DNA of 56,085 bases from Campylobacterales bacterium (GTDB lineage Bacteria > Campylobacterota > Campylobacteria > Campylobacterales > JALSKU01): assembly GCA_027065125.1 (NCBI GenBank), contig JAMOOV010000043.1, forward strand, positions 1-56,085. Reading direction: 5' to 3'. Below, piece after piece: positions 1-8,947 of this stretch (within the stretch, counting starts at the first letter, position 1; every line of letters begins with the position of its first letter). Both the position numbers and the translations under genes were made by a program. Under the pieces are notes generated by a model that saw only the letters and a list, made by a program, of their open reading frames with translations, made no database searches and had not been told where the DNA came from.

Positions 1-1213
1 AAGGGTAAAACCCTACTATGATTTGAGCAAGGGTACTTTTACCACTACCACTTGCCCCTACTATAGCCACTTTTTTTCCTTTTTCTATCTTGAGATTTAT
101 TTTTTGAAGTATCTTTATACCATTATCATAGGAAAAACTCATATCTTTAATCGTGATAGAGTTTGTCTTTTTATCTTTAAACGGATTTTTTAGATGAGGA
201 TAGTTTGGCTCTTTTTCCATATCGAAAAGTTTATTTATCCTATCTAAAGCTCTTTTTGCATTGTGATAGGAGTATTGGATATTTAGTATCTCTTGGATTG
301 GTCCCATCATTACCCAAAGATATCCGAATATTGCCAACATCAAACCTATGGATAGATTTCCGTAAGCTACAGTAAATATGGAAGCTGCTCTAAATATCTC
401 AAAGCCTCCCAAAAAGAGCAAAAAGGAAAATCTCAAAGCCGCATCGCTTTTATATGAAAATGCCACTCCCGCTTTTTTTATCTCAAGGGATTTTTTAAAC
501 AATCTTTTTATAAAATTTTCCTCTTGATTTGAAGCCCTTATTTGCCTAAAAAGATCAAGTGTCTCACTTAAAGCCTCGGTGAAACTCTCAAATGTTTTAT
601 TCTCTTCTTTTTTATAATAACTCACTTTTCTTGCAAATTTTTTACTAAGAACCACTACAAAAGGATTGACAAGCAGTATAAAAATCGCAAGTTTCCAATT
701 TATAAGCAGTAAAACTATACCTACACCTATGATAGTCAAGATAGAAACGATAAGTTTACTTATACTCATCCCCAAAAATGTCTCAATAGTAGCAACATCT
801 ATCAAAAACATAGAGGATATTTTACCACTACCAAAACTCTCATATTCATCAAGTGAAATTTTTGATATTTGAGAGAGCATATCTTTTCGTATTTTATAAG
901 TTATGTTTTTTGATATTACAGAAAATAGATAATCATGCAAAACAGTCAAACCGTAAAAAAGTGTTCTTAAAAAAATCGTAGCAAACAAAACTATCATTAT
1001 ATAAACAAAAGCTTGCTGATGTCCGATAAGTTTATCTATATGTTCAGTTAAAAATCCGGGTTTTTTTAAAAGAACCTCATCAACTAAAAGAGGCATCAAA
1101 AGAGGTGCCGGAGTAGAAACAAGAACGGCAAATACTGCTATGATATTGGCTACGATAAACTCTTTTTTATATTTTAAAACCTCGTTTAAAATTTCTTTAA
1201 AACTGTATTTCAA
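1..1213 (-). CDS. ABC transporter, fused permease/ATP-binding protein (MsbA/ABCB-like); 3' end runs off the window
   Basis: Own translation of the minus strand. TTG start at 1213..1211 is preceded by GAGG. A TM-rich domain follows, then 'KKVAIVGASGSGKSTLAQIIVGFYP' (Walker A) at the window edge. It is absent from the ORF track because it is open at position 1. Confidence 0.8.
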   Translation of the reverse strand, partial: MKYSFKEILNEVLKYKKEFIVANIIAVFAVLVSTPAPLLMPLLVDEVLLKKPGFLTEHIDKLIGHQQAFVYIMIVLFATIFLRTLFYGLTVLHDYLFSVISKNITYKIRKDMLSQISKISLDEYESFGSGKISSMFLIDVATIETFLGMSISKLIVSILTIIGVGIVLLLINWKLAIFILLVNPFVVVLSKKFARKVSYYKKEENKTFESFTEALSETLDLFRQIRASNQEENFIKRLFKKSLEIKKAGVAFSYKSDAALRFSFLLFLGGFEIFRAASIFTVAYGNLSIGLMLAIFGYLWVMMGPIQEILNIQYSYHNAKRALDRINKLFDMEKEPNYPHLKNPFKDKKTNSITIKDMSFSYDNGIKILQKINLKIEKGKKVAIVGASGSGKSTLAQIIVGFYP

Positions 1214-1254
1214 TATTTTTTACCTCATTTTTTATCTTAATTTTGCCAAAATTT

Positions 1255-1263
1255 TGATAAAAT
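1255..1263 (+). promoter_or_regulatory. Extended -10 box TGATAAAAT, only about 7 nt upstream of the ATG at 1270 (possible leaderless transcript)
   Basis: TGnTAnAAT-type motif read directly from the sequence. No Shine-Dalgarno lies between it and the ATG. Confidence 0.3.
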
Positions 1264-1269
1264 ATTGTT

Positions 1270-1809
1270 ATGATATATATAGTAATCGCAATTTTTAGTG
1301 AAGCTGAAGCTTTGATAGAGCATTTTAAATTGCAAAAAATTCAAACAAAACCATTTTTAATATTTGAAAATGATGATATTACTCTTGTGGTTAGCGGTAT
1401 GGGAAAAGTTGAGTCAGCTATCGCGACTACATATATATGCAAAGATAAAAAGATAAATAAGATAGTAAATATAGGAATTTGTGGCACTAACGATAAAAAT
1501 AAAAAGATAGGATCAATTTATCATATCAAATCTATTGTTGATATTTCTACAGATAAAAAATATATGATTTCAACTGACGGAGAAGTTTTGTACTGTTTTG
1601 ACAAGATAATAAAAAGTAGCAAAAATATAAAAAATAATATTTTGATAGATATGGAATCGGTAGGATTTTACAAAGCTGCCATTAATTTTACAAAAAAGGA
1701 AAATATCTCCATTTACAAGATAGTTTCCGATCATTTAACCACTTCGCATATATCTCTTGAGAATATATACAAGATAATGAAAAATGCTATAAAAGAGATA
1801 GTTTTATGA
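1270..1809 (+). CDS. Nucleoside phosphorylase/nucleosidase superfamily (PNP_UDP_1-like) protein, short form
   Basis: 'LVVSGMGKVESAIATTYI', 'VNIGICG' and 'LIDMESVGFYKAA' resemble the MTAN/futalosine-hydrolase fold motifs. The stop overlaps the next gene's start. Confidence 0.5.
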   Translation: MIYIVIAIFSEAEALIEHFKLQKIQTKPFLIFENDDITLVVSGMGKVESAIATTYICKDKKINKIVNIGICGTNDKNKKIGSIYHIKSIVDISTDKKYMISTDGEVLYCFDKIIKSSKNIKNNILIDMESVGFYKAAINFTKKENISIYKIVSDHLTTSHISLENIYKIMKNAIKEIVL

Positions 1810-2504
1810 AAAAAGCTTTAGTAACCGGAGGTAGTAGCGGTATTGGAGAAAGTATCTCAAAAAAACTCCTTTCCATAGGGTATGAAGTTTTGGCAGTTGC
1901 CAGAGATTTTGAAAAATGTACTATAAAAAATGATCTATTTATCAAGATAGAGTCTGATTTAAGCGATAAAAAATCTACTCGATTATTTATTGATAAATAT
2001 AAAAAAGAGGATATATCTTTGCTTGTAAATTCAGCCGGTTACGGAAGATTTGCTCCCCATGAAGAGATAAATTATAAAGATATAGAAAGTATGATATATC
2101 TCAATCTAACCGCTCCTTTGCTTATCACAAAAACATTTTTAAGAACACTTAAAAAAAATAGAGGATATATTTTCAATATCTGCTCTATCTCAGGTATCAA
2201 AACAGCACCATTCGGAGCAACTTACGGGGCCACAAAAGCCGGACTAAGACACTTTGGTAAATCACTTTTTGCAGAAGCTAGAAAAAGCGGGCTGAAAGTA
2301 GTAAATATCAATCCGGATATTACAAATACCTCTTTTTTTAATGATTTACACTTTAAACCCACGGATGATCCCTTGAGTTATATAAATCCTACTTCTATAG
2401 CCGATACAGTTGAAGATATATTACAAAAAAAAGAGAGCATGATTGTAACTGATATTACAATAGAGCCTCAACTATTTAAATTAAACACGAGGAGAAATAA
2501 ATGA
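1806..2504 (+). CDS. Short-chain dehydrogenase/reductase (SDR) family oxidoreductase
   Basis: N-terminal 'VTGGSSGIGESI' (TGxxxGIG), 'NSAG' and the 'YGATKAGL' (YxxxK) catalytic motif. Confidence 0.85.
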   Translation: MKKALVTGGSSGIGESISKKLLSIGYEVLAVARDFEKCTIKNDLFIKIESDLSDKKSTRLFIDKYKKEDISLLVNSAGYGRFAPHEEINYKDIESMIYLNLTAPLLITKTFLRTLKKNRGYIFNICSISGIKTAPFGATYGATKAGLRHFGKSLFAEARKSGLKVVNINPDITNTSFFNDLHFKPTDDPLSYINPTSIADTVEDILQKKESMIVTDITIEPQLFKLNTRRNK

Positions 2505-3457
2505 AAATAAATTTAGCAATAAGAGTATTTTCTTTATCTATTTTATTTGCAGTACTGTTAAGTGCCGATAGCAATATTTTACAATTTGACGATGATGCAT
2601 TCGCCAGTAAAGATGACTATCACTATACAGGGGGAATGTTTTACGGTTATATGTTTGATAGTGATAAATCGCCCATCAATCCATCTTTTTTAAAAGATTA
2701 TAAAAACACAAATGCCATATCTTTCACATACATGGTCTTTACCCCTAAGAACAAAAGATCCTCTACTGTTATATTAAACGACATCCCTTATGCCGGATAT
2801 GCTAAATTAAATTTTTTAGATTATAAGTACACTAAAAAAGAATTTTATAAAATAGCCGTAAATATAGGAGCGGTAGGCCCAATGGTAAAAGCCAGACAAA
2901 ACCAATCCAACATTCATCATCTCTTAGGTCACTCCATTCCAAGCGGATGGGACAATCAATTAAAAGATCATCTGTTTTATGGTTTTAGTATCGCCTATGG
3001 TAATAAAACCCATCAAGGCACATTAAAAAATTACAAGTGGGATTGGTGCAATTATGCCGAAGGTAATGCCGGAAGCTTTTATAGTTCACTATTTTTTTCA
3101 ACTGTTTTTAGATTTGGTAAAAATTTACCGGAAACTTTTGATACCATTTCAAGCCTTTCAACAGCTTCAACAAATGAATTGCTAAATTTTAATCCAAATA
3201 AATCTCTAAATTGGTATATTACTGCAGGAGCATTTGCCAATAAAGTGGGAAATTTTTACATTATCAATAAAGCTATAGATTTGGGGTATCAACTATCCAA
3301 GATAGATTATACTTATGGATTGCAAATCTCTTTTAATGTATTATATAAGCACATCAAATACAGTTTCAAGATAAAAACTACTTCCATACATGCCAAAGAT
3401 AACTTCCCTTTCCAAAATGCAAGTTGGGGCGGCATTAGTGCTACTTGGAAATTTTAA
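2501..3457 (+). CDS. lpxR: Lipid A deacylase LpxR family outer-membrane protein
   Basis: Signal peptide, then 'FDDDAF..DDYHYTGGMF', 'DIPYAGY' and 'GAVGPMVKARQNQSNIHHLLGHSIPSGWDNQL'. These match LpxR/DUF2219 hallmark blocks as I recall them. Confidence 0.75.
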   Translation: MKINLAIRVFSLSILFAVLLSADSNILQFDDDAFASKDDYHYTGGMFYGYMFDSDKSPINPSFLKDYKNTNAISFTYMVFTPKNKRSSTVILNDIPYAGYAKLNFLDYKYTKKEFYKIAVNIGAVGPMVKARQNQSNIHHLLGHSIPSGWDNQLKDHLFYGFSIAYGNKTHQGTLKNYKWDWCNYAEGNAGSFYSSLFFSTVFRFGKNLPETFDTISSLSTASTNELLNFNPNKSLNWYITAGAFANKVGNFYIINKAIDLGYQLSKIDYTYGLQISFNVLYKHIKYSFKIKTTSIHAKDNFPFQNASWGGISATWKF

Positions 3458-3466
3458 AGGATATTT

Positions 3467-4729
3467 TTGAAAACAGATATGGACAAATTTAACAATGCTA
3501 TAAAAAACAGCAATTTTTATAAACTCTCCGATAGAGAACAAGAGTTTATAAAAAAATTATACAACTTATATCATCTTAGTTTCCAAGAGATAAAGATAGT
3601 GACAATCATAGCAAATGATTTTAAGATTTGGAATGAAGGTAGTATAGTAGAGTTTATAGACATAGAAGATACAGATATAAAAGATATAAAACAGGCAAAA
3701 AAAAGGATTTTAAACTCTTTAAAAAAGAGTTATGAAGAGTTAAAAAACAGACCGAGCAGTTACAAAAATTTTACAACCAAAGAGGAGTATCATCCAAGAG
3801 GAGTCAAAACTCAAACCGTCCAAAAAGATAGTCTCGGACTTGGAGACTGCCCCGTCGCAAGTGAAAAAACAAGATGTTGCAACCTTTTAACCCTTGATGC
3901 GGTAGAGAGTTGCGGATTTGATTGCTCCTACTGTTCTATTCAATCTTTTTATAATCAAAACAGAGTTGTTTTCAATAAAAATTTTGCTAAAAAATTAAAA
4001 GAGATAAAACTTGATCCAAAAAAAAGATATCATATCGGCACAGGTCAAAGCTCCGACTCTCTTATGTGGGGAAATAAAGAGGGTATTTTAGATGCTCTTT
4101 TTGAGTTTGCAAAAGAAAATCCCAATATCATACTTGAGTTTAAAACTAAATCCGACAATATAAAATATCTTCTTGAAAATGATGTTCCAAAAAATATAGT
4201 AGCAACTTGGTCTTTAAACACTCCGGTTATCATAAAAAATGAAGAGCATCTTACCGCTTCTTTGGAAAAAAGAGTAAACTCTGCAAGAAAAGTGGCTGAT
4301 AAAGGGGTAAAAGTAGGCTTTCATTTTCATCCTATAGTCAGATATGAAAACTATCTTGAAGAGTATAAAGAGATATTTAAAAATTTGCAAGATAAGTTTT
4401 CTTCGGATGAGGTATGTATGGTCTCTTTTGGAACATTAACATACATAAAACCCGTTTTAAAACAGATAAGAGCAAGAGAGTTTAAAACAAAGATTTACCA
4501 AATGCCACTTGTTGATGTCGAGGGCAAACTATCCTATCCGGACAGCATCAAAATAGAGATGTTTAAAACGGCTTACGAATCTTTTAAAAATTGGCACGGA
4601 AAAGTCTTTTTTTATCTCTGCATGGAACCTCATAGACTATGGAGAGAGTGCTTTGGATATGAATATAAAAATAACAACGAATTTGAAAAAGATATGATAG
4701 ACAGTTACTTTAAAAAGGTAGAATTATGA
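3467..4729 (+). CDS. Radical SAM protein, spore-photoproduct-lyase-like (SPL) family, with an N-terminal extension of about 130 aa
   Basis: CX3CX2C motif 'CGFDCSYC', preceded by 'GDCPVASEKTRCCNL'. Size and layout fit the SplB/COG1533-like family. Confidence 0.6.
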   Translation: MKTDMDKFNNAIKNSNFYKLSDREQEFIKKLYNLYHLSFQEIKIVTIIANDFKIWNEGSIVEFIDIEDTDIKDIKQAKKRILNSLKKSYEELKNRPSSYKNFTTKEEYHPRGVKTQTVQKDSLGLGDCPVASEKTRCCNLLTLDAVESCGFDCSYCSIQSFYNQNRVVFNKNFAKKLKEIKLDPKKRYHIGTGQSSDSLMWGNKEGILDALFEFAKENPNIILEFKTKSDNIKYLLENDVPKNIVATWSLNTPVIIKNEEHLTASLEKRVNSARKVADKGVKVGFHFHPIVRYENYLEEYKEIFKNLQDKFSSDEVCMVSFGTLTYIKPVLKQIRAREFKTKIYQMPLVDVEGKLSYPDSIKIEMFKTAYESFKNWHGKVFFYLCMEPHRLWRECFGYEYKNNNEFEKDMIDSYFKKVEL

Positions 4730-5283
4730 ATTTTTTATACAATAAAAACTCACACTTTAACTTGGCAAATCTTTTCACCTTTGCTAACATAACATTCGGA
4801 CTTATAGCTATATATTTTATAACACATCACAACTTCTTTTTTGCTGCACTTTTTGCATGGTTTGGAGGTGCATTTGATATATTTGATGGAAAAATAGCAA
4901 GAAAATACAACTTATCTACTGAGTTTGGTGTTCAACTTGACTCATTTGCCGATTCTTTATCATTTGTTTTAGTTCCGGTGATGTTTATATATTTTGCGAT
5001 TTTTGATAAATGCAATACTTTACAACTTATTATAGCTGGTACTGTATTGATTTACTATTTTATTTCAGGTATCAGAAGACTTATAATTTTTAACTTAAAA
5101 ACAGATGTGGGAGAAGTTAGCAAATATTTTGAAGGGGTTCCCACTCCGCTTGGAGCGATACTTCTTTGGATATACTATCTTTTGTGGTATTTTGATACTA
5201 TCGAAAATGGATATATTATATTGGCTCTTATAGCCTTAACGGGATATCTACTTAACTCAAAAGCAAAGATACCCCATCCTTGA
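4726..5283 (+). CDS. pssA: CDP-alcohol phosphatidyltransferase (probable phosphatidylserine synthase)
   Basis: 'DIFDGKIARKYNLSTEFGVQLDSFADSLSF' equals the D-G-x2-A-R-x8-G-x3-D-x3-D motif. The protein is multi-TM. Confidence 0.7.
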   Translation: MNFLYNKNSHFNLANLFTFANITFGLIAIYFITHHNFFFAALFAWFGGAFDIFDGKIARKYNLSTEFGVQLDSFADSLSFVLVPVMFIYFAIFDKCNTLQLIIAGTVLIYYFISGIRRLIIFNLKTDVGEVSKYFEGVPTPLGAILLWIYYLLWYFDTIENGYIILALIALTGYLLNSKAKIPHP

Positions 5284-5293
5284 AATATACAAG

Positions 5294-6862
5294 CTATCTT
5301 GCATAGCCTACGGCTCTTAATTCTCTTATGACATTTACTTTTATCTCTCCGGGATACTGAACTTTCTCTTCTATTTCTTTAGCTATCTCTTTAGAGATTA
5401 AAACAGCTTCATCATCGTTTACAAGTTTGGCATTGGCTATAACCCTGACTTCTCTGCCGGCATTTATGGCATATGCTTGTTTGATACCGTTTTTAGATGT
5501 TGCAATCTCTTCTATCTCTTGCACTCTTTTTAAAAAACTCTCAAGTACTTCTCGTCTGGCTCCCGGTCTTGCAGCACTCAAACTATCGGCAGCACATACA
5601 GCAGCAGCCTCCACACTTTTTGGTTCTTCATGACCATGATGGGCATAGATGGCATTTATAACAATCGGATCCTCTTTGTACCTTTTGCAAAGTTCTCCTC
5701 CAAGATCCACATGGCTTCCTGCAAAGTCATGGGTTAAAGCTTTACCAATGTCGTGTAATAAGCCGGCTCTTTTGGCAAGTTGCTCGTCTCCTCCCAACTC
5801 TGCAGCGATGATACCGGCAAGATGAGCTACTTCTAAAGAGTGACCAAGAGCATTTTGACCGTAACTTGCACGAAATTTAAGTCGTCCTATGAGTTTAACT
5901 ATTTCCGGATGAATTTTATTTAATCCCATATCCATTACGATATCCTGTCCCTCTTCAAGTAAACCTTGTTCAAATTCCTCTTTAACCTTTTTGTATATAT
6001 CTTCTATCCTTGCAGGCTGGATTCTTCCATCCTCTACAAGTAATTCTATAACTTTAGTTGCTATCGCTCTTCTATATAGGTTAAAACTACTAAGTATGAT
6101 AGCTTGAGGAGTATCATCTATGATAACATCAACACCAAGTAGCATCTCAAGAGTTTTGATATTTCTTCCCTCTTTGCCGATAATTCTACCTTTTAGCTCA
6201 TCATTCGGAAGATTTACAACATTTATAAGTCTTTCTGCAGCATAATCTCCTGCATATCTTGTAGTAGCTTGGGCTATTATAAAATTGGCTCTTTTTTTAG
6301 CTTCCTGCTTTGCTTGTTCTTCATATTTTCTAACTATATGAGCTATTTCTGCTCTTGAGTTTTCTTCAGTCTTTTTAAGAACTATCTCTTTAGCTTCGCT
6401 TTCGGTCAATCCGGCTGATTTTTCAAGGACTTTTAATGCCTCTGCTATTTTATCTTCATACTCTTTTTTAAGTTCTTCAGCTTCGGAAACTTTATGCTCC
6501 ACCTCTTGTTTTAATTTTTTTACCTCATCTTTTTCTTTAGTTATATTTTTTAATTCATCTTTAAATAAATTATTTAAAGCTTCATCTTTTTTCTCAAGTT
6601 GAGCCATTTTTTGCTCATACTCTTTTTGAAGAGTTCTGCTTTGCTCTTCAAATTTATTTTTTGCTTCAAGCTCAAGATCTTTGGCTTGAATATTTGCATT
6701 TCTTAAAACAAGTTCAGCTTCATGCTCTATAGCTTTTGCTTTAGCCTTAGCACCGGCTTCATAGACTTCGAACTTTGATGCTTCTAATTTTTTCTGGATT
6801 AATGCCCCGACAACTCCTCCTATGAGCAAACTTGCGGCGGCTATGGATATCTCTATTATCAT
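5294..6862 (-). CDS. rny: Ribonuclease Y
   Basis: N-terminal TM helix, long Lys/Glu coiled coil, KH domain ('GRIIGKEGRNIKTLE') and HD domain ('LLHDIGK'). Confidence 0.95.
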   Translation of the reverse strand: MIIEISIAAASLLIGGVVGALIQKKLEASKFEVYEAGAKAKAKAIEHEAELVLRNANIQAKDLELEAKNKFEEQSRTLQKEYEQKMAQLEKKDEALNNLFKDELKNITKEKDEVKKLKQEVEHKVSEAEELKKEYEDKIAEALKVLEKSAGLTESEAKEIVLKKTEENSRAEIAHIVRKYEEQAKQEAKKRANFIIAQATTRYAGDYAAERLINVVNLPNDELKGRIIGKEGRNIKTLEMLLGVDVIIDDTPQAIILSSFNLYRRAIATKVIELLVEDGRIQPARIEDIYKKVKEEFEQGLLEEGQDIVMDMGLNKIHPEIVKLIGRLKFRASYGQNALGHSLEVAHLAGIIAAELGGDEQLAKRAGLLHDIGKALTHDFAGSHVDLGGELCKRYKEDPIVINAIYAHHGHEEPKSVEAAAVCAADSLSAARPGARREVLESFLKRVQEIEEIATSKNGIKQAYAINAGREVRVIANAKLVNDDEAVLISKEIAKEIEEKVQYPGEIKVNVIRELRAVGYAR

Positions 6863-7421
6863 ATCTCTTTCCCCTTGTTATATAAATTTTTTTAGGAGTT
6901 ATGTAATAGTCAGATTGTATATCAAATGTATCGGTAGCAATTTTTTTATCATAACATTTTTCAATCTGAACAAAAATTATTATCGGTTTATAATCAAGAT
7001 TTGCAAAAAATCTATCATACATACCCTTGCCAAAACCAACTCTTTTATAATCCCTGCCAACTCCCAGGACAGGAACGATAGCCACATCAACTCTTTTATG
7101 CTTTAAAAAAGAGTTGGCGGGTTCTTTTATAGAAAATCTTTTTTCTCTTAATGGCAATCTATATTTTACTATTTTAAAACTGACACCTTCCATAAATGGT
7201 ACAAAAATGTTACATTTTTTTCGCATATTTTTTACAAAGCTCATTATATCGGCCTCAAACCCTATCGGGATATATACCAAAATTGCTTTTGGATTGATTA
7301 TTTTCATCATATAATTCAACTTTTTTTCAACTTTTTTATCTTTATATAACTTTGACACTTTTGAACTTTTTGAAAGTTTTTCTTTGCATCTATTTCTAAA
7401 AATTACTTTATCTTGAGACAT
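6759..7421 (-). CDS. 5-formyltetrahydrofolate cyclo-ligase family protein; the 3' end overlaps the rny start by 104 nt
   Basis: 'VAIVPVLGVGRDYKRVGFGKGMYDRF' is typical of 5-FCL. The basic C-terminal tail is read out of frame across the rny N-terminus. Confidence 0.7.
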   Translation of the reverse strand: MSQDKVIFRNRCKEKLSKSSKVSKLYKDKKVEKKLNYMMKIINPKAILVYIPIGFEADIMSFVKNMRKKCNIFVPFMEGVSFKIVKYRLPLREKRFSIKEPANSFLKHKRVDVAIVPVLGVGRDYKRVGFGKGMYDRFFANLDYKPIIIFVQIEKCYDKKIATDTFDIQSDYYITPKKIYITRGKRYDNRDIHSRRKFAHRRSCRGINPEKIRSIKVRSL

Positions 7422-7455
7422 AATTGATTGCCTTTTGTAAAATTTTATTTTATCT

Positions 7456-7464
7456 TGATATAAT
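7456..7464 (+). promoter_or_regulatory. Extended -10 promoter TGATATAAT upstream of the tlpA-like/ftsY/radA genes
   Basis: Exact TGnTATAAT, 33 nt upstream of the ATG at 7497, with an A/T-rich upstream region. Confidence 0.45.
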
Positions 7465-7496
7465 AGCGAAATATTTTATATGACAAGGTTATCTTA

Positions 7497-8060
7497 ATGA
7501 AACAAATCTTTTTTCTTATTACATTCTCGTTTGTTATCGCATTGGCAGGTTGCAACCAAAAAAAGTCTGAAGAAAACACAAAGCAAAGCAATGGTTGTAT
7601 CACAGAGCAAAAAACAAGTGATACACAAAAAGTCAAATTACACACAATTAATTCAGGAGATATAATTCTTACCAAAAAGAGAAACAATATCAAAATAGAA
7701 GGAGTAAAGGATAGAATTATACTACTTAATTTTTTTGCCACTTGGTGTCCTCCTTGTAAAGCAGAAATTCCACATCTTGTAAATTTACAAAAAAAGTACA
7801 AGGATAAGTTGAAAATCATTTCTATACTTCTTGAAAATGATAAGCCGGATAGTGAAATAGAGAGTTTCGTTAAATATAATGGTATAAACTATACGATAAC
7901 AAACGATAAGAATAACTATAAATTATCCTCAATGCTTGGGAAAATACAAAGTATTCCATTTATGATACTGTATGATAAAAATGGAAATATTATAACCCAT
8001 TACCTTGGAGCCATACCTGAAGAGATGATAAATTCCGATATAAAAAAGACTCTCAAATAA
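7497..8060 (+). CDS. TlpA/ResA-like thiol:disulfide oxidoreductase lipoprotein
   Basis: Lipobox 'ALAGC' and the thioredoxin motif 'WCPPC'. Confidence 0.8.
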   Translation: MKQIFFLITFSFVIALAGCNQKKSEENTKQSNGCITEQKTSDTQKVKLHTINSGDIILTKKRNNIKIEGVKDRIILLNFFATWCPPCKAEIPHLVNLQKKYKDKLKIISILLENDKPDSEIESFVKYNGINYTITNDKNNYKLSSMLGKIQSIPFMILYDKNGNIITHYLGAIPEEMINSDIKKTLK

Positions 8061-8947
8061 TGTTTAGTTTTATAAAAAAATCATTAAATAAAACCATAAA
8101 TGCTATCAAAACAGTTGCTCCTCAAAAAAAAGAAAAAATTACAAAAGAGGAGCTTGAAAATATACTTCTTGAAGCCGATGTGACATATGAAGTTGTTGAA
8201 AAAATAATATACTATCTTCCAGCTTCGGAAGAGGTGGAGAGAAAAGATCTTTTCAGAATTCTTCACTCTTTCTTTCTTGAAAATGAAAATGTAAAAAAAA
8301 TGGATCCCAAGCCTTATGTAGAATTAATCCTTGGTGTAAATGGGGCAGGGAAAACCACCACGGTAGCCAAACTTGCAAATATCTACAAAAAAGAGGGTAA
8401 AAAGGTGATACTCGGAGCTGCAGATACATTTAGAGCGGCAGCGGTTGAACAGCTAAAAAGATGGGCGGATAAATTAAATATACCTATAGTCGCCACAAAA
8501 CAAGGACATGACCCATCAGCAGTAGCATACGACACTATCAAATCTGCCATAGCAAAAAAGTATGATAATGCTCTTATTGATACTGCAGGAAGACTTCATA
8601 ATCAAACAAACTTATCTAACGAAATAAAAAAGATAGTTAGAATATGTGATAAAGCTTTTGAGGGTTCTCCTCATCGTAAAGTACTTATACTTGATGGCAC
8701 ACAAGGAAACTCTGCTATCAATCAGGCAAAAGCCTTCAAGGAGATAGTGGGGATAGATGCTATTATTATCACAAAACTTGACGGTACTGCAAAAGGTGGA
8801 GCATTGTTTAGCATTGCCAACGAATTAAAACTACCTATTTTATACATAGGAGTTGGAGAAAAAGAGGATGATTTGGTAGCTTTTGATGCAAAAGAGTATA
8901 TCGACGGGCTATTGGACTCTTTTTTTGCAAGTAAAGACGATGGCTAA
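8060..8947 (+). CDS. ftsY: Signal recognition particle receptor FtsY (short form)
   Basis: 'GVNGAGKTTT', 'DTAGRLHN' and 'TKLDGTAKGG' SRP-GTPase motifs. Confidence 0.95.
   Translation: MFSFIKKSLNKTINAIKTVAPQKKEKITKEELENILLEADVTYEVVEKIIYYLPASEEVERKDLFRILHSFFLENENVKKMDPKPYVELILGVNGAGKTTTVAKLANIYKKEGKKVILGAADTFRAAAVEQLKRWADKLNIPIVATKQGHDPSAVAYDTIKSAIAKKYDNALIDTAGRLHNQTNLSNEIKKIVRICDKAFEGSPHRKVLILDGTQGNSAINQAKAFKEIVGIDAIIITKLDGTAKGGALFSIANELKLPILYIGVGEKEDDLVAFDAKEYIDGLLDSFFASKDDG

Noticed and set aside
8883-8939. Upstream extension of the RadA ORF ('MMQKSISTGYWTLFLQVKT') in the ORF track
   Set aside because: It lies entirely inside ftsY in another frame. The conserved RadA N-terminus 'MAKKKQIFECQACGY' starts at the ATG at 8940, so the extension is almost certainly not translated.
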